Source: an uncultured bacterium
GTDB taxonomy: Bacteria > Babelota > Babeliae > Babelales > Babelaceae
Length of the DNA stretch: 64,000 nucleotides
Assembly: GCA_963824495.1 (NCBI GenBank)
Contig: CAWGPQ010000006.1
Location: 96,001-160,000 of the forward strand
Reading direction: 5' to 3'
The translations under genes and the position numbers were made by a program. The notes beneath the pieces were generated by a model. That model ran no database searches, was not told the DNA's origin, and saw nothing but the letters and a program-made list of their open reading frames with translations. Of this stretch, positions 32,910 through 43,800 are shown in pieces. Position 1 is the stretch's first letter, and each line of letters opens with the position of its first letter.

Positions 32910-33158
32910 TTACTCACCCTCAAACCAGCCAAGCCAACTGCTACCGGTGTTGCGGGAGCGCCTGCCGTTTGATGATGAGGTTCTTCTGCTTGTGGTACCC
33001 CTGCTGCTCGTGCTTCTGGTGCTACCTTGTTCAGAACATTGTCGTCCACGACACCTATGAGGAGCAACGCCACCTAAGTGCCCTGCTTGCGAACGACTCA
33101 TTGTTCCGGTTTCTCCTGTCGATCGGCCACGACTTGATGACCTATTATAAGCTGCCAT
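32910..33158 (-). CDS. Small Arg/Ser/Thr-rich protein with AGHLGG-PHRCRGxxC motif and aromatic C-terminal tail
   Basis: SD aaggag; MSRSQAGHLGGVAPHRCRGRQC; ends SSWLGWFEGE. Confidence 0.8.
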   Translation of the reverse strand: MAAYNRSSSRGRSTGETGTMSRSQAGHLGGVAPHRCRGRQCSEQGSTRSTSSRGTTSRRTSSSNGRRSRNTGSSWLGWFEGE

Positions 33159-33297
33159 ACTAGTTCTCCTTTAGTATGTTATAGTTAATAATATAGTTAA
33201 GAATAACTGCTACGAATACCGTCAAAACGTATCCGTGCATCAACGTATGCACATACATACGAGATATTTAGAAATATCTAAAATTTTTTGTTAGCCT

Positions 33298-33717
33298 TTA
33301 TTCTCTTAAGCCAAAATCTTCTTCGATTCCGTGCTCAGCTTTAAAGTCTGAACCTCTACTATTTAAGCTACTGCCGCTTCCTGTTCCACGTTCGGGTATG
33401 CGTTGGCTCTGATCCTGCTCGTATGAGCTTTTAGCTCGTTCTTCATCAAGGCTCGGCTCTATTTCTGCACCATGTTCAGCAGTAAAAGCACTTGACCTAT
33501 CCTCAGCTACTGCAGCTTTCGTTGCAGAACGTCGTCTGCCTCCTATATCTTCGGCTCCAAACCCTATATGATCCCTATCATCACTCACCCAGCCGATGGT
33601 GGCGATACTATCTGGATCATAACTATGCAGAGGAGCATCAGCTGGTGGAGTATCAGCGACCCTGTTATCGGTATCGGTCAGTGTAGTGCTTCTACGTTTT
33701 TTTGCATGTTTGTTCAT
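33298..33717 (-). CDS. Hydrophilic acidic protein with a repeated FxAEHG(A/I)E motif
   Basis: Start reassigned to MNKHAKK (SD agggagg); AFTAEHGAE / DFKAEHGIE / GFGAEDIG. Confidence 0.7.
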   Translation of the reverse strand: MNKHAKKRRSTTLTDTDNRVADTPPADAPLHSYDPDSIATIGWVSDDRDHIGFGAEDIGGRRRSATKAAVAEDRSSAFTAEHGAEIEPSLDEERAKSSYEQDQSQRIPERGTGSGSSLNSRGSDFKAEHGIEEDFGLRE

Positions 33718-33762
33718 ACAAGCCTCCCTTGTATTTGCCGGGTTTCCGCGACCTCTAGTTTC

Positions 33763-33792
33763 ATTATACAAATATTAGTTTTATAATTGCAA
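33763..33792 (-). promoter_or_regulatory. Putative promoter for the small-protein cluster
   Basis: Minus strand TTGCAA-N18-TATAAT. Confidence 0.55.
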
Positions 33793-33962
33793 TAGTTTAA
33801 TAAATATTTTTATATCTATTATCTTGTATATAATTCTATTTGTGTTGTTTTTCGTCTCGAAGTGCATTCTTTGTAAAACAATCCCTTGAATACGCATAAG
33901 AATTGCTTTATAATTACAGATTAGATATAGAAACTTGAAGCCATTAATCGAAGGTTATAAAA

Positions 33963-34946
33963 GTGATGAAACTAAGTATACAGTTTTTGATTCTTAGGGT
34001 ACTCATACTTACGATACCTATTTGTTCACTTTATTCTCAAGATAAAGGCCCTTATAAGGCTCATTTTCTGTTTGCTCATGGTTGGCAGGGGGATAAGTCA
34101 AACGTTGACTGGTATACGGGCAAAAGAAATCCTGCCTGGTCCATTATTACCGGTCCGTACTTATCGTTTGATTTTCCCGATGTTGATTTGTCTCGGCCGG
34201 ACAAAGTAAACCCCCATTTGGTTAATGTGGGTCAGACACTTGATATACTTGCTCTTGAAACTGCCTATAAAAAGCTTTTACAGGTTATAGATGTTCAAGA
34301 TCTTAAGCTTCATCGTGACGGTATTGTTATGATAGGTTCATCACGTGGTGCAGCTACGGCAATCAATGCAGCTTCTACCCGTACCATGCCTTATCTAAAA
34401 GCCGTCGTAGCTGAAGCACCTTTTGACGTCCTTGCCAATGCTATCGATCATTTTCTTCTCAAGCATCAATACTTGGGGACACCGTACAGCTTTTTACCTA
34501 TGTTTCTTCAAGAATGGGCACAAAAAAAGGCTATTAGTAGTTACTTTCCCGCCCATAAAACGGAAGATGTTTATCCCCTTTTAGTGATACACAACTTCCC
34601 TCATACTGTACCTATTATTCTTGTACACTCAAAGACCGATACAACTAACCCTATGAACAGCTCTCGCTTATTATATCTTGAATTACTGAGATCTGGACAC
34701 AAGAAGGCCTATCTTCTTGAACTTGATTACGGTCCACATTATAAATACAATAGAATATACCCTGATAGTTCAGAGGCTCTTAAAAAATCTGCTCATAAGT
34801 ATCTAACTGCTATTCATGCTTTCTATAAAGCCAACGCTATTCCTTATGATGAAAAACTGGCTTTCGAAGGGCAACGGTATATCGATAGCGGTGAGCTTCA
34901 GCCATCGGCTGCAGTTGTTGAAAAGCGCATTGCAGAAAGCACATAG
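33963..34946 (+). CDS. Exported alpha/beta hydrolase with intact catalytic motifs
   Basis: Signal peptide; FAHGW oxyanion motif, GSSRG nucleophile elbow, HSKTD, GPH. Confidence 0.85.
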   Translation: MMKLSIQFLILRVLILTIPICSLYSQDKGPYKAHFLFAHGWQGDKSNVDWYTGKRNPAWSIITGPYLSFDFPDVDLSRPDKVNPHLVNVGQTLDILALETAYKKLLQVIDVQDLKLHRDGIVMIGSSRGAATAINAASTRTMPYLKAVVAEAPFDVLANAIDHFLLKHQYLGTPYSFLPMFLQEWAQKKAISSYFPAHKTEDVYPLLVIHNFPHTVPIILVHSKTDTTNPMNSSRLLYLELLRSGHKKAYLLELDYGPHYKYNRIYPDSSEALKKSAHKYLTAIHAFYKANAIPYDEKLAFEGQRYIDSGELQPSAAVVEKRIAEST

Positions 34947-35063
34947 TCTAAGAGCTCAAGTAGAGCTAATTTAAAAATCTAATTGAATAAAATCAAAAGA
35001 TGCAGTATTCTATTTATTACTAAGCTAATCTGAGTATCCCGTTATTTTGAGGCTTGTCTTTAA

Positions 35064-35981
35064 GTGCTTTATGTTATTATAATCTATGCATTACTCGCAA
35101 GTACTTTTTTATCAAACAAGCTCTTGCTCGCGCGTATCCCTCCACTTTACCTATCAAGCTTAAGTACGCTGATAGGGGGGCTAGTTTTATTAGGGTATCG
35201 GAGCTTTAGGCGAACAGGTCCTCTCGTTCCTGATAAAAAGTACCTTATAAGAATTTTTCCTATAGCACTTTGTATTACCTATGGAGCAACACTTTTGAGG
35301 TTTTATGCTCTCAGTCAGCTTGCATCATATAAGGTGAGCTTTTTTTCAGTGCTTGACCCTTGTATTACTGCTCTTCTAGCCTATAGTGTAATGTCAGAAA
35401 AGATTACTAGAGTTCAACTTATAGGTATAGCTCTTGCTACGTTAGGCTCACTTCCACTTTTGCTTAACAGCTCAAGTAGCCAATCTCAAGCAGACATGAG
35501 ATTAACCATAAGCATGCTTCCTTTAGCTGCAGCATTACTTATGGTTATCGTGAACAGAAGTGGGTGGTTAATAGCACAGAGTACTCTTAGGAAATACTCT
35601 ATAAACCCTCTAGACATGACAACTTTGATGCTCCTTATGGGCGGCACAGGCTTGTTTTTAACAGCAGCCTGTGTTGAGAAATTTCCTTTTGCAGAGTTAG
35701 CCTTTTACGAGTATGCTCTTCTTGCATATGGAGCTCTAATCAGCAATGTTATTTGCTCAAGTGCCTATGCTTTCTTTTTAAAACGCTACAGCATCACTTT
35801 TCTAGCTCTTGCCGAGCTCATAACACCCCTTTGTGCGGCGCTTTATGGATGGCTTTTTGTGCATGAAGCAATTACGTGGCACTTCTTCTGTGCTATTTTC
35901 TTGGCCGCAGTAGGGCTTAGTTTATTTTCAAAGCCTAAGCTACCGAGCATCATATATAACTATATGAGCATTTTCCGCTAA
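35064..35981 (+). CDS. DMT/EamA-family transporter
   Basis: About 10 hydrophobic segments in two repeats; SEKIT and HEAIT motifs. Confidence 0.85.
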   Translation: MLYVIIIYALLASTFLSNKLLLARIPPLYLSSLSTLIGGLVLLGYRSFRRTGPLVPDKKYLIRIFPIALCITYGATLLRFYALSQLASYKVSFFSVLDPCITALLAYSVMSEKITRVQLIGIALATLGSLPLLLNSSSSQSQADMRLTISMLPLAAALLMVIVNRSGWLIAQSTLRKYSINPLDMTTLMLLMGGTGLFLTAACVEKFPFAELAFYEYALLAYGALISNVICSSAYAFFLKRYSITFLALAELITPLCAALYGWLFVHEAITWHFFCAIFLAAVGLSLFSKPKLPSIIYNYMSIFR

Positions 35982-36041
35982 GCCTACTATATGCTATAAT
36001 TAAACACAGTTGTTTATAAAATTTTTAAGAAAGTCTTACCT

Positions 36042-38390
36042 ATGAGCATTAAGATGAGCATTAACAAATTTTTTCAGTTATTGTTTTTTGTAGCTTGTGC
36101 ATTAGCTTCGGGTCTCAGCAGCTGTGAGGTTCAGCAAAATCTAGAAGCTCATTTTCTTTGCGCTCCTGCGTATGGTACACGTGATTGGCAACTCCAAGCC
36201 TACACTTCCCTGATGCCTGGGTTATATAACCAGGTAGACTTAACAACGCATACTGGCTTGGCATTACATAGATTTACGCTTGAGACGCGCTATAAAGAAA
36301 TCTTACATCTGCTTGATGTAAGCAAGCTTGAGAATAACCGTGATGGTATTGTTATTGTTGGTAGTGGCGAGGGTGCTACTGCAGCGCTTACGTCTGCCGC
36401 ACGTATCAAGCTTCCTTTCTTAAAAGCATTGGTGATTGAATCACCTGTTGATCCATTAGCTCAAGCGCTTATTGATTACGGCCAAGAGCTTTATCACAAA
36501 GCTCAATTATCGCACGACATATCCCAGCCATTATATGCTCAAGCGCTCTCTAACCCTACGGCTTGGTACGCGAGCACCCCTCGTGCTGCCACGCAGCCAT
36601 TACGTGACATCTATCCTATAAGTAGCGCATCCTATATAGATCGTAACTTGCCCATCCTATTGGTGGCCGAACAGCATCACGGCTTGTATTCAAAAAATAC
36701 AGCACATCTGCTCTATATCAAACTCAAGCAAGCTGGACGTACTAATATTTACTTACTCGATTTAGAAGATACGTTCACATCTGATTCTTTATCTGAGTCC
36801 TACGTGGCAACTGTTCATGCTTTTTATGAAAAATATAATATCCCCCATGATACTCTCTTGGCAGCTCAGGGTAGACGCCATCTTGAACAGGCTCAGCCAT
36901 CTATCAAGAGCATTGAACAAAGTATTATAGAAAGCTATAAAGATGATGCTTATAATAGAACATTTATGCTTGGTGCTTATGCTGCTCTAAGCGGTGTGTC
37001 TGCTCTTCTTATGCCAGCACTTAACTATGCTTTTGGTTCACAAACAGTTGATGACGACCCAGGCGAAGGACCAAGTGATCGGTCTGGGAAGAACAAAGCC
37101 CCTGACCGTAATCCGATATCCCCAACAGTTATCGTAACCGGCTTGAGCGAAGAAAGTAGTCCTCTTCTTGTCATACCTCGAACTACTCAACAGGCTAGTA
37201 TACTTGGCTCATTATTTGGCATGTTATTCGGCACGCCAACGTCAACTCCCCTTGAGGAGATTGGCGAAAATACCGAGCTTATGCTACAAAGCGTTGTTCA
37301 ACGAGTCCAGGATTTAAACAATGAAATTGAAAAAACTTATGCTGAAAAGACTGCTACAGCAGCATGGGTAAGGACTATACGGAAACAAATTGCAGAAATA
37401 GAAGAAATCGTAAGTGGTGTCATACCCTCTGCTATGGATCTTCTAGTGAGCGAAAAGGGTGGAGAAATCACTCTTGAACATATTGAGGGGCTTTCTTGCT
37501 TGCAGGAAAAAGACCGGGAGCATCTTAAGGAGATTATGACTACAGTGCGCACTATCAGTAATAAGTCTAAGCCTTGGTTTGAGCACGTACTAAAAGTTGC
37601 TAGCGATCAGCCTGAGCGCCCTCAAGATGATCAAGAAGAGCGGATTGAGGTGACCGGGGCATTAGCACCATCTTCTGCACCTGAACGAAACCAAGAACTT
37701 GAGCAATTACCATATGATGATTTTGTAGCGATGGATAGGGCAATTGCATCAAGGATGGCTGATATAGAAGTAGCTATTAATGATTTAAAGCCCATCAATA
37801 CCGAACAGCTAAAGCGTTACGAAATTTTAAACGCAAAAGATCTAGCAACGTTAGAAAATAAAATCAAGAATGAAGAAGTTAAGCATCTCATTCGGGAGCT
37901 TAATAGCTTGAATGAAAAGATTTCAACGCTTCAAAAAAGAGAAAGTGATAAAGTTGCTGCGGCTCGAGGAGAGCAAGAGGTAGCCCGACTATCGCTTGCT
38001 AGCGAGGCTGAACAAACAATAGAGAATCTTCTAGCTATAGCCAAAGGAGGACGGGACCAATTGAACACGGAAGTCAAAGGCTATAAAGGGACAAGAAAAC
38101 AATTTCTCAACCATGTTGCTCAACAGGGCAGTCAAAAGCACGTTGAACCTGCTCTCGCTACGATAACCAAATATCTTGAAACGCTTAAAGCGCATAGTGG
38201 TCCTTCCCTTAATAGGGCACATGAGCTGATACCTCAAATGCAAGAACATGCTTCAATGGGGTTAATAGCTCGGCAGCTGCAAGAAGCACGTGAGAAAGTT
38301 GACGGTATAGTAACATCTATTGCGCAGGCAAAAGAGGCATTAGAGCAAAGACAGCGGAATCTATTAGCGGCGGCAAAGCCAAATAAGTAA
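36042..38390 (+). CDS. Exported pseudo-hydrolase, hydrophobic segment and helical cargo (copy 1)
   Basis: AHFL, DGIVIVGSGEG, ESPVD, HAFYEKYNIPHD are shared with the 33963 hydrolase; no nucleophile Ser. Confidence 0.8.
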   Translation: MSIKMSINKFFQLLFFVACALASGLSSCEVQQNLEAHFLCAPAYGTRDWQLQAYTSLMPGLYNQVDLTTHTGLALHRFTLETRYKEILHLLDVSKLENNRDGIVIVGSGEGATAALTSAARIKLPFLKALVIESPVDPLAQALIDYGQELYHKAQLSHDISQPLYAQALSNPTAWYASTPRAATQPLRDIYPISSASYIDRNLPILLVAEQHHGLYSKNTAHLLYIKLKQAGRTNIYLLDLEDTFTSDSLSESYVATVHAFYEKYNIPHDTLLAAQGRRHLEQAQPSIKSIEQSIIESYKDDAYNRTFMLGAYAALSGVSALLMPALNYAFGSQTVDDDPGEGPSDRSGKNKAPDRNPISPTVIVTGLSEESSPLLVIPRTTQQASILGSLFGMLFGTPTSTPLEEIGENTELMLQSVVQRVQDLNNEIEKTYAEKTATAAWVRTIRKQIAEIEEIVSGVIPSAMDLLVSEKGGEITLEHIEGLSCLQEKDREHLKEIMTTVRTISNKSKPWFEHVLKVASDQPERPQDDQEERIEVTGALAPSSAPERNQELEQLPYDDFVAMDRAIASRMADIEVAINDLKPINTEQLKRYEILNAKDLATLENKIKNEEVKHLIRELNSLNEKISTLQKRESDKVAAARGEQEVARLSLASEAEQTIENLLAIAKGGRDQLNTEVKGYKGTRKQFLNHVAQQGSQKHVEPALATITKYLETLKAHSGPSLNRAHELIPQMQEHASMGLIARQLQEAREKVDGIVTSIAQAKEALEQRQRNLLAAAKPNK

Positions 38391-38570
38391 ACTTGCTTCA
38401 ATACAATGATTAAGTGCGAGGGGTCACACCAATTATTGTATTAACTTCAATTTAATTTATTTTTTGAAATTGTTGTTAAAAGGTGCGTGACAGTGCTATA
38501 GTATTAAAAAGTACTCTTATTAACTATAGGGTATTGTTAGTACAAAGCTCATGATAAGGGGTGTGCTCGC

Positions 38571-40577
38571 GTGAAATTAAACGTTATTTTAGGCAAGCTA
38601 TCACAGGTAACCCTTATGGTTGCGCTATGGTTTAGTTGTGTGGAAGCTCAACAGAAAGTTATAGCACATTTCCTTTTTGTTCCCGATTATGGCATGAGCA
38701 AGGACGAGATCAATGCCTACGAACCCCTTATGCCTGGTCCATCAGTTTACGTAAACTTTCCAAGCAGTCAAAGCTTAGCTCTCGGTCGTTTTAGGTTAGA
38801 AACGCGCTATAAAGAGCTGTTGCAATCACTTGATGTTAGTCAATTAAAAGCCAAGAGAGATGGTATTGTTATTCTTGGGGTTGGCAATGGTGCAACAGCA
38901 GCACTAACAGCTACAGCAACCAGTAGGCTGGCCTTTTTAAAAGCACTGGTAGTTGAATCGCCTGTTGATCCATTGGCCCGAGCACTTATCGATTACGGCC
39001 AGCAGCTTTTTGATAAAAATCCAGAGAATTCAAAAGCGTTACAGCTAGTTACTGAAGCACTCTCCGATCCTGGAGCTTGGTATGCGAGTACCGGTCTTGC
39101 TACAACTCAGCCATTACCTGATGTTTATCCCATAAGTAGCATCGAGCATATAGATCGTAATCTACCCGTGTTATTGGTAGTTCGACGTAATGATATTTTT
39201 TATCGAAAGAATGGAGCGCGCTTGCTGTATATCAAGCTTAAGCAGGCTGGACACCCTAACGTTTATTTACTTGATTTAGAAGATATTCTTGGTGACAGTG
39301 CCGTAACGAGTACCCATGTTTACGTTGAAGCGGTGCATGCTTTTTACAAAAAATACGATATACCCTACGATATCCTATTAGCAACCGAGGGACAGCAGTA
39401 TCTTGCACAAGCTCAACCTTCTATTGAAAGCATTGAGCAAACTATCTTACGTAGTTATGTAGACAATGCTTTTGCGCAAAAGGTTTTGTTAGGAGCGCTT
39501 ACTGCGGGAATTGCATTTCCCACAGCAGCGCTTGGTATTGCTGCTGAACCTGTGATAACAAAAGCAATTAGGGGAGCCGGTGCTCCAGAAGCACCTCAAG
39601 TACCTCCAGCGCCGGGTGGACCAGCAGCTGGAACAAGCTGGTCTGATATGTTAAAATCTGTCTACAATACGTTAGCTTCTAAATTCAAGGGCTCTCTCTT
39701 TTTTGGCAAAGCTGGTGGCCCGAGCGAAGCGAGTGGCTTTCTTGTGCCAACGACTCCTCAGGCTAAGGAACTTTTTGAGCTGCATGTACCAGCTGACATA
39801 CAACAACCAATTCCATCGGGAACTCTTACTGACGTTATTAAGCAAATAACTGAGCAACAGCTTAATGCACTTAATAATGAGGTTAGAGGGCTTGCAGATA
39901 GACTTCAGGCAATAAGTGAAACAGCGGATGAGGCCGCGCTAGAAGAGGTACAAAGAGAAATAGATGAAATTAATAAGCACCTAACAGATTTACCTGTTCC
40001 TGTTCGTCTACTTATTGAAGGTACATCGCTAGAAATTACTACTGAGGCTGAAGAAAATACTCGTGCTCAATTAAGCCCACAAGCTCGTTCATATATAGAG
40101 CAGATTACCCAGCGCTTACGGTTAATTAAAAAACATCTGAATACTATAAAGCAAAGAATTGCAGCGCAGTATCAAGCTTTATCCAGCGCGGCTGGTAATG
40201 TAACAGAAAGAGCAGCGAATCATGCCAAGCTCTATCTTAATTTTGCCAAAAAATACCAAGAAGCACTTAATAAGCAACCAGATTTGAGCGAAGCTCTTGA
40301 TTTACGGAGCTTTTGGAGATCTCAAGGCAAAAGGCAAGCTAATACCAGTTTTGCTGAAGATTCTAAATCACTTGATGAAATGATTGAGCAAGTTAAAGAA
40401 TTCATCAAATCCCTAACGGGCAATTCACCATTAAACAGAGATACAACTAATTTGCTTAGAAAGCTTACTAATATGAAAAAATACCTAACAGATGATTATA
40501 ACACCTTAACTACTGCTATGGCAATTCGTGTCCCTGGTGCTCCAACGCCTTCAGAGGTCAAGAAAAAGATTGGCTAA
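38571..40577 (+). CDS. Exported pseudo-hydrolase, hydrophobic segment and helical cargo (copy 2)
   Basis: GVGNG at the elbow; N-domain close to copy 3. Confidence 0.8.
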   Translation: MKLNVILGKLSQVTLMVALWFSCVEAQQKVIAHFLFVPDYGMSKDEINAYEPLMPGPSVYVNFPSSQSLALGRFRLETRYKELLQSLDVSQLKAKRDGIVILGVGNGATAALTATATSRLAFLKALVVESPVDPLARALIDYGQQLFDKNPENSKALQLVTEALSDPGAWYASTGLATTQPLPDVYPISSIEHIDRNLPVLLVVRRNDIFYRKNGARLLYIKLKQAGHPNVYLLDLEDILGDSAVTSTHVYVEAVHAFYKKYDIPYDILLATEGQQYLAQAQPSIESIEQTILRSYVDNAFAQKVLLGALTAGIAFPTAALGIAAEPVITKAIRGAGAPEAPQVPPAPGGPAAGTSWSDMLKSVYNTLASKFKGSLFFGKAGGPSEASGFLVPTTPQAKELFELHVPADIQQPIPSGTLTDVIKQITEQQLNALNNEVRGLADRLQAISETADEAALEEVQREIDEINKHLTDLPVPVRLLIEGTSLEITTEAEENTRAQLSPQARSYIEQITQRLRLIKKHLNTIKQRIAAQYQALSSAAGNVTERAANHAKLYLNFAKKYQEALNKQPDLSEALDLRSFWRSQGKRQANTSFAEDSKSLDEMIEQVKEFIKSLTGNSPLNRDTTNLLRKLTNMKKYLTDDYNTLTTAMAIRVPGAPTPSEVKKKIG

Positions 40578-40802
40578 GATGGCATTCCAAGAAGCTGCTT
40601 TGCGTACAGCATGGCCGAGTAGTCTCTCGTTTGCGTTTTAGATCTCGCTAGATGGGGTGATTATCCGAGATTACAGCAACTTAATTAATCTAATCTGTAA
40701 ATTCTTGTTAATATGTACTTAATAATGTTATAGTATTAAAAAGTGCTATAATGAAAATATAGGATATTCTTAGCGCAAAGCTAATGTAAGGAGTTTATTC
40801 AA

Positions 40803-43800
40803 ATGAAATTAAACGCTATTCTACGCAGGTTATCATGCGTAACCCTTATGGTTGTTACGTCATGGCTTGGTTGCGTGCAAGCTCAACATAAAGTAACGGC
40901 ACATTTCCTTTTTGCTCCTGATTACGATATGAGCAAAGAGCAGCTTCAGGCTTACACTCCTCTTATAACGGGACCCTCAGCTCAAGTAAACTTTACGAAG
41001 AGCGAGAGTCTGGCTCTGGATCGTTTTAGGTTAGAAACGCGCTATAAAGAGCTATTACAATCACTTGATGTTAGCCAACTAAAAACACATAAAGATGGTA
41101 TTGTTATTCTTGGAGTTGGTCGTGGTGCAACAGCAGCACTAACAGCTACAGCAACCAGTAGGCTTGCCTTTTTAAAAGCACTGGTAGTTGAATCGCCGGT
41201 TGATCCATTGGCCCAAGCGCTTATTGATTATGGACAGGAGCTTTTTGATAAATCTCAAGGAAAGCTAGAGGAAATACAACCGTTATTTACTCGAGCGCTC
41301 CCTGATCCTGCAGCTTGGTATGTAGCTAGAGCACAAGTACAGCCGCTTCGTAATGTCTACTCTATAGGTAGCATAGACCGCATAGATCGCACGCTACCTC
41401 TTTTATTAATAGTGCAGCACAATGATCCATTCTATAGCAATAATACGACACGCTTACTTTATATCAAGCTCAAACAAGCTGGATATACTAACGTTTATTT
41501 GCTTGATTTAGAAGACATTCTAGGTGCTGGTACCGTAACGAGCCCTTACGTTGCAGCTGTTCATGCTTTTTATAAAAAATACGATATACCCTACGATACT
41601 ACATTGGCAGCCGAGGGACAGCAATATTTTGCACAAGCCCAGCCTTCTATCGAAAGCGTTGAACAAAGCATCTTAAGTAGCTACGAAGATAATGCCTTTG
41701 CACGAAAGCTCGGCTTAGGAATATTTGCAGGTGGGGGCGCACTTATCGCAGCTCTTGGTCTTAAAGAAATAACAGCACCGCAGAGAGCAGCAGCTGCTCA
41801 ACGGCGAGAATTAGCTCCTCAACGGCAAGAATTAGCCAAAGAAGTTCTAAAGCGGGTAGAGGAAGCCTTAGGGGAAGAAGTACCTGCAGCTGCGGAAATA
41901 CCACAAGTACCTCAAGTCCCAGCAGAAGGGCGCGGTATACCCAAAGTACCGCCCCTACCAAAGGCACCGCCTCGAGCACCAGAAGGAACAAGCTGGTCTG
42001 ATGTTTTCAAAAGTACGTATGCTAGTATTGTTGCTAATCTCAAAAAGATTGGTCCGGCAACTGGAGCTGGTGTGGACCTTAGTGAGCCAACTCTGCTATT
42101 TGGGGGATTACTCCCATTAACTGATATTCCGGTTCAACTGGTTCCACCATCGACGACTGCTATACCGCTAGAACCCGATCTGCAGAGGCGAGTCCTTACA
42201 AGTCAGCTATTAGCGATTGCGTTCAATATACGAGAGCTTCAAAGACAGCTGCAGGTTCCTAACCCTGCCCCAGAATGGCTAACGTCTATTAGGGAATTAC
42301 TTCTTTTAACGACGCAACAGATTGAAAATCTGCCTCAGCCGTTTAGAGGTTTAATTGAAGGTAGGGCGCTTGAATTACCATCTATACCACCTGGTGCTTC
42401 ACAAGCTTTAGCAGCTCCGCAACGGCAGAATCTCCAAAACATTGGACAACAACTTATCAAGGTTGGTGAAGATCTTGCTAAGTTAGAGAAAGAAGCTGCT
42501 CAACAACCGCAGCAAGAAATTCTAAGTCAATTAAAAACGATTAGGGATAATGTAAGGTGGCTTCAGAAGCAACTGCTGGTTCCTAACCCTACCGGAGAGC
42601 TTCTAGATTCTATTAAGCAGTTACTTGCTTTGACGACGGGACAGATCGCAAATCTTCCTCAGCAAATTAGAAAGTTAATTGAAGGTGGTGCGCCTGGATC
42701 GTCAAACCTAGGGCAACAAATTGCCAAGATTCGCGAAGATCTTGCTAAATTAGAGAAAGAAGTTGCTCAACAACAGCTTCCAGCTCCAGTACCGCCACAA
42801 CCATTGCCACCTGCTCCTAAACTAGTAAAAGGGACGCAGGTACCAGAACAGGTATACGGAAATATTTTGAGTACTGCTCGAGACATTCGAGCAATTGTGA
42901 ATGTGGACCTTCGAACATTGGAAAGACTTCCTTTAAGCAATCTTGAACGTATAAGAGCCTATAAAGGGATTAATCAGAAGAATATGAAAGAGGTAGAGGG
43001 CAAGCTTACTCTCAATAGTCCGTTAATGAAGGAGTTGACAGAATTAAGCAACGACCTTGATAAAATTGAACAAAGGCTAGTTGAAAAAAAAGCAATAGTT
43101 GCAAAAGCCCAAGAAGAAGCTCGACTCCGCAAGCAAGCAGAAGAACAGGAAGCTGAACGCAAGCAGCAACAAATACAACAAGAGGCTGCTGTCAGCAAGT
43201 TATTAGAAGATATAGCAAAGAGCGTTTCTGATCAGCAAAGAGTTTTGTTGGAAGTACTGCCTTTGAATGAACTAGAGATGGCGATTAGACAAAATAATCA
43301 ACATACACTAGGGGGTCAACAAAGACTAGCGCAAAGAGCTATTGCAGAGTTTGACCCAGACGCAAATGCGTTGGCTGACAGGGCAAATAAGCTTATGAGT
43401 CAGCTTACGGCCCCAGAACAGCAACCGCTACATGATGCGCTGGATGCAGCATCGAAAAGTCTTGAAGAGATTAGATTTGAGTTCCAGATAAGGCTTCAGA
43501 GAATACAAGAAGGTATAAACAAAGTACGGGAAAGTACAGCTGGACCGTTACCATCTGCTACACAACCTACCTTGACTCCCCCCCTTCCTAAAGGAGCACC
43601 GGAGGAGCTAGTAAGATTGCAAATTCAATTAAATTCTTATGTAAGAGATGCGCAAACGCTTGATCAATGGTTTCAGCAAGTTATTACCGAATTGACTGCA
43701 TTACAGAGAGTTGTTAATTCTAATCTGCCTGTTGACTCACAAATACGTAAATATGCTCAATATAGGATAAACTGCTGGATTCATATATGGCCTCGGCAGG

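Noticed and set aside
32095..33158. RiPP precursor cluster
   Set aside because: No YcaO, radical SAM, LanM or dedicated peptidase/exporter adjacent; the conserved part is central rather than a leader. Not fully excluded if enzymes lie elsewhere
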